Below are positions 63,589-64,000 of a stretch of 64,000 nt of DNA, one piece after another (the first letter of the stretch is position 1; each line of letters starts with the position of its first letter). Made by a program: the position numbers and the translations under genes. The notes beneath the pieces were generated by a model that saw only the letters and a list, made by a program, of their open reading frames with translations, did not search any database and had not been told where the DNA came from. This DNA is from a virus (lineage: Duplodnaviria; Caudoviricetes): positions 1-64,000 of the IMG/VR virus record IMGVR_UViG_651324073_000003, one strand, 5' to 3'.

Positions 63589-64000
63589 CTACTCGATGGC
63601 GAGCACCGACAGCAGCGGCTCGGCCAGCAGCGCCTGCAGTTGATCGTCGGTCAGCTCATCGGCCGGCACGGCGGTCGGCTCGGGCGGCCAGAAGCGGCCG
63701 GCGCGCCAGAGGCCGCGGTCGCGGCGCTTGCATTCGATGACCCAGCCGGAGATGCGCACGGCCTCCCCCCCCTTGATCTCGCTGTCGGGGTCGGCGGTCA
63801 CGGTGCCGCCCGTGCCCGGCTCGGCGTCGAGCTGCTTGCCCGTCGTCGCGGGCGCGGTTTCGGTAACCGGGTCGGTGGATGCGGCAGGCGCGCCTTCGGC
63901 GGCCGCTTCGCCGGTCGCCATCGGGGCGGTGCCGGCAACGGCCTCCGCGCCGGCGACGGGAGCAGCCGGCTTCGTGGTGTCGCCGGCACTGGCGCCCGGC
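63589..64000 (-). CDS. HI1506/Mu gp35-like protein, 5'-truncated by window
   Basis: LWRAGRFW...LTDDQL.ALLAEP.L.V; frame open to 64000. Confidence 0.7.
   Translation of the reverse strand, partial: PGASAGDTTKPAAPVAGAEAVAGTAPMATGEAAAEGAPAASTDPVTETAPATTGKQLDAEPGTGGTVTADPDSEIKGGEAVRISGWVIECKRRDRGLWRAGRFWPPEPTAVPADELTDDQLQALLAEPLLSVLAIE

Larger units (their letters stand above)
47398..64000 (-). mobile_element. Mu-like (contractile-tailed transposable) prophage, tail-side end; continues past window
   Basis: Mu gp35-like to gp49 gene order: sheath, tube, TMP, DNA-circularisation protein, baseplate, fibre. Confidence 0.9.

Noticed and set aside
1-64000. CRISPR array or rRNA
   Set aside because: No regularly spaced repeats or rRNA-like sequence seen

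Overview
This GC-rich window is almost entirely two adjacent temperate prophages. (1) 1-47315 is a lambdoid siphovirus-type prophage. Its late genes run on the minus strand: lysis, tail, P22-type coat, DUF4055 portal, terminase, a degenerate tRNA-Gly and Q-like/HNH/RusA genes. These are followed by replication and methyltransferase genes, a cro/cI switch with four 18-bp operators, an immunity-region accessory block (membrane/lipoprotein/thermonuclease genes and a hypothetical+PIN pair), and a plus-strand PL operon (YqaJ-RecT-RdgC, SMC-like ATPase, C5 MTase, Gp37/68, DUF4224, integrase). The prophage ends at a 3' half of tRNA-Asn(GTT) (att); the other att lies left of the window. (2) About 47398-64000 is the tail-side end of a Mu-like contractile-tailed prophage (gp35-like through tail fibre, minus strand) with antisense morons (putAbiC-like, HEPN-like), an SGNH hydrolase and a terminal LexA-boxed small gene. 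Best leads: the LexA-boxed gene has a homologue beside the other phage's PL; a coupled hypothetical+PIN module; related SGNH esterases in the head regions of both phages; an HNH gene that displaced and recoded the rusA 5' end; and a twice-repeated Mu late-promoter architecture, TGAAC-N2-GTTCA-N14-(CG)6-(-10). Family assignments come from motif recognition by eye; no searches were run.
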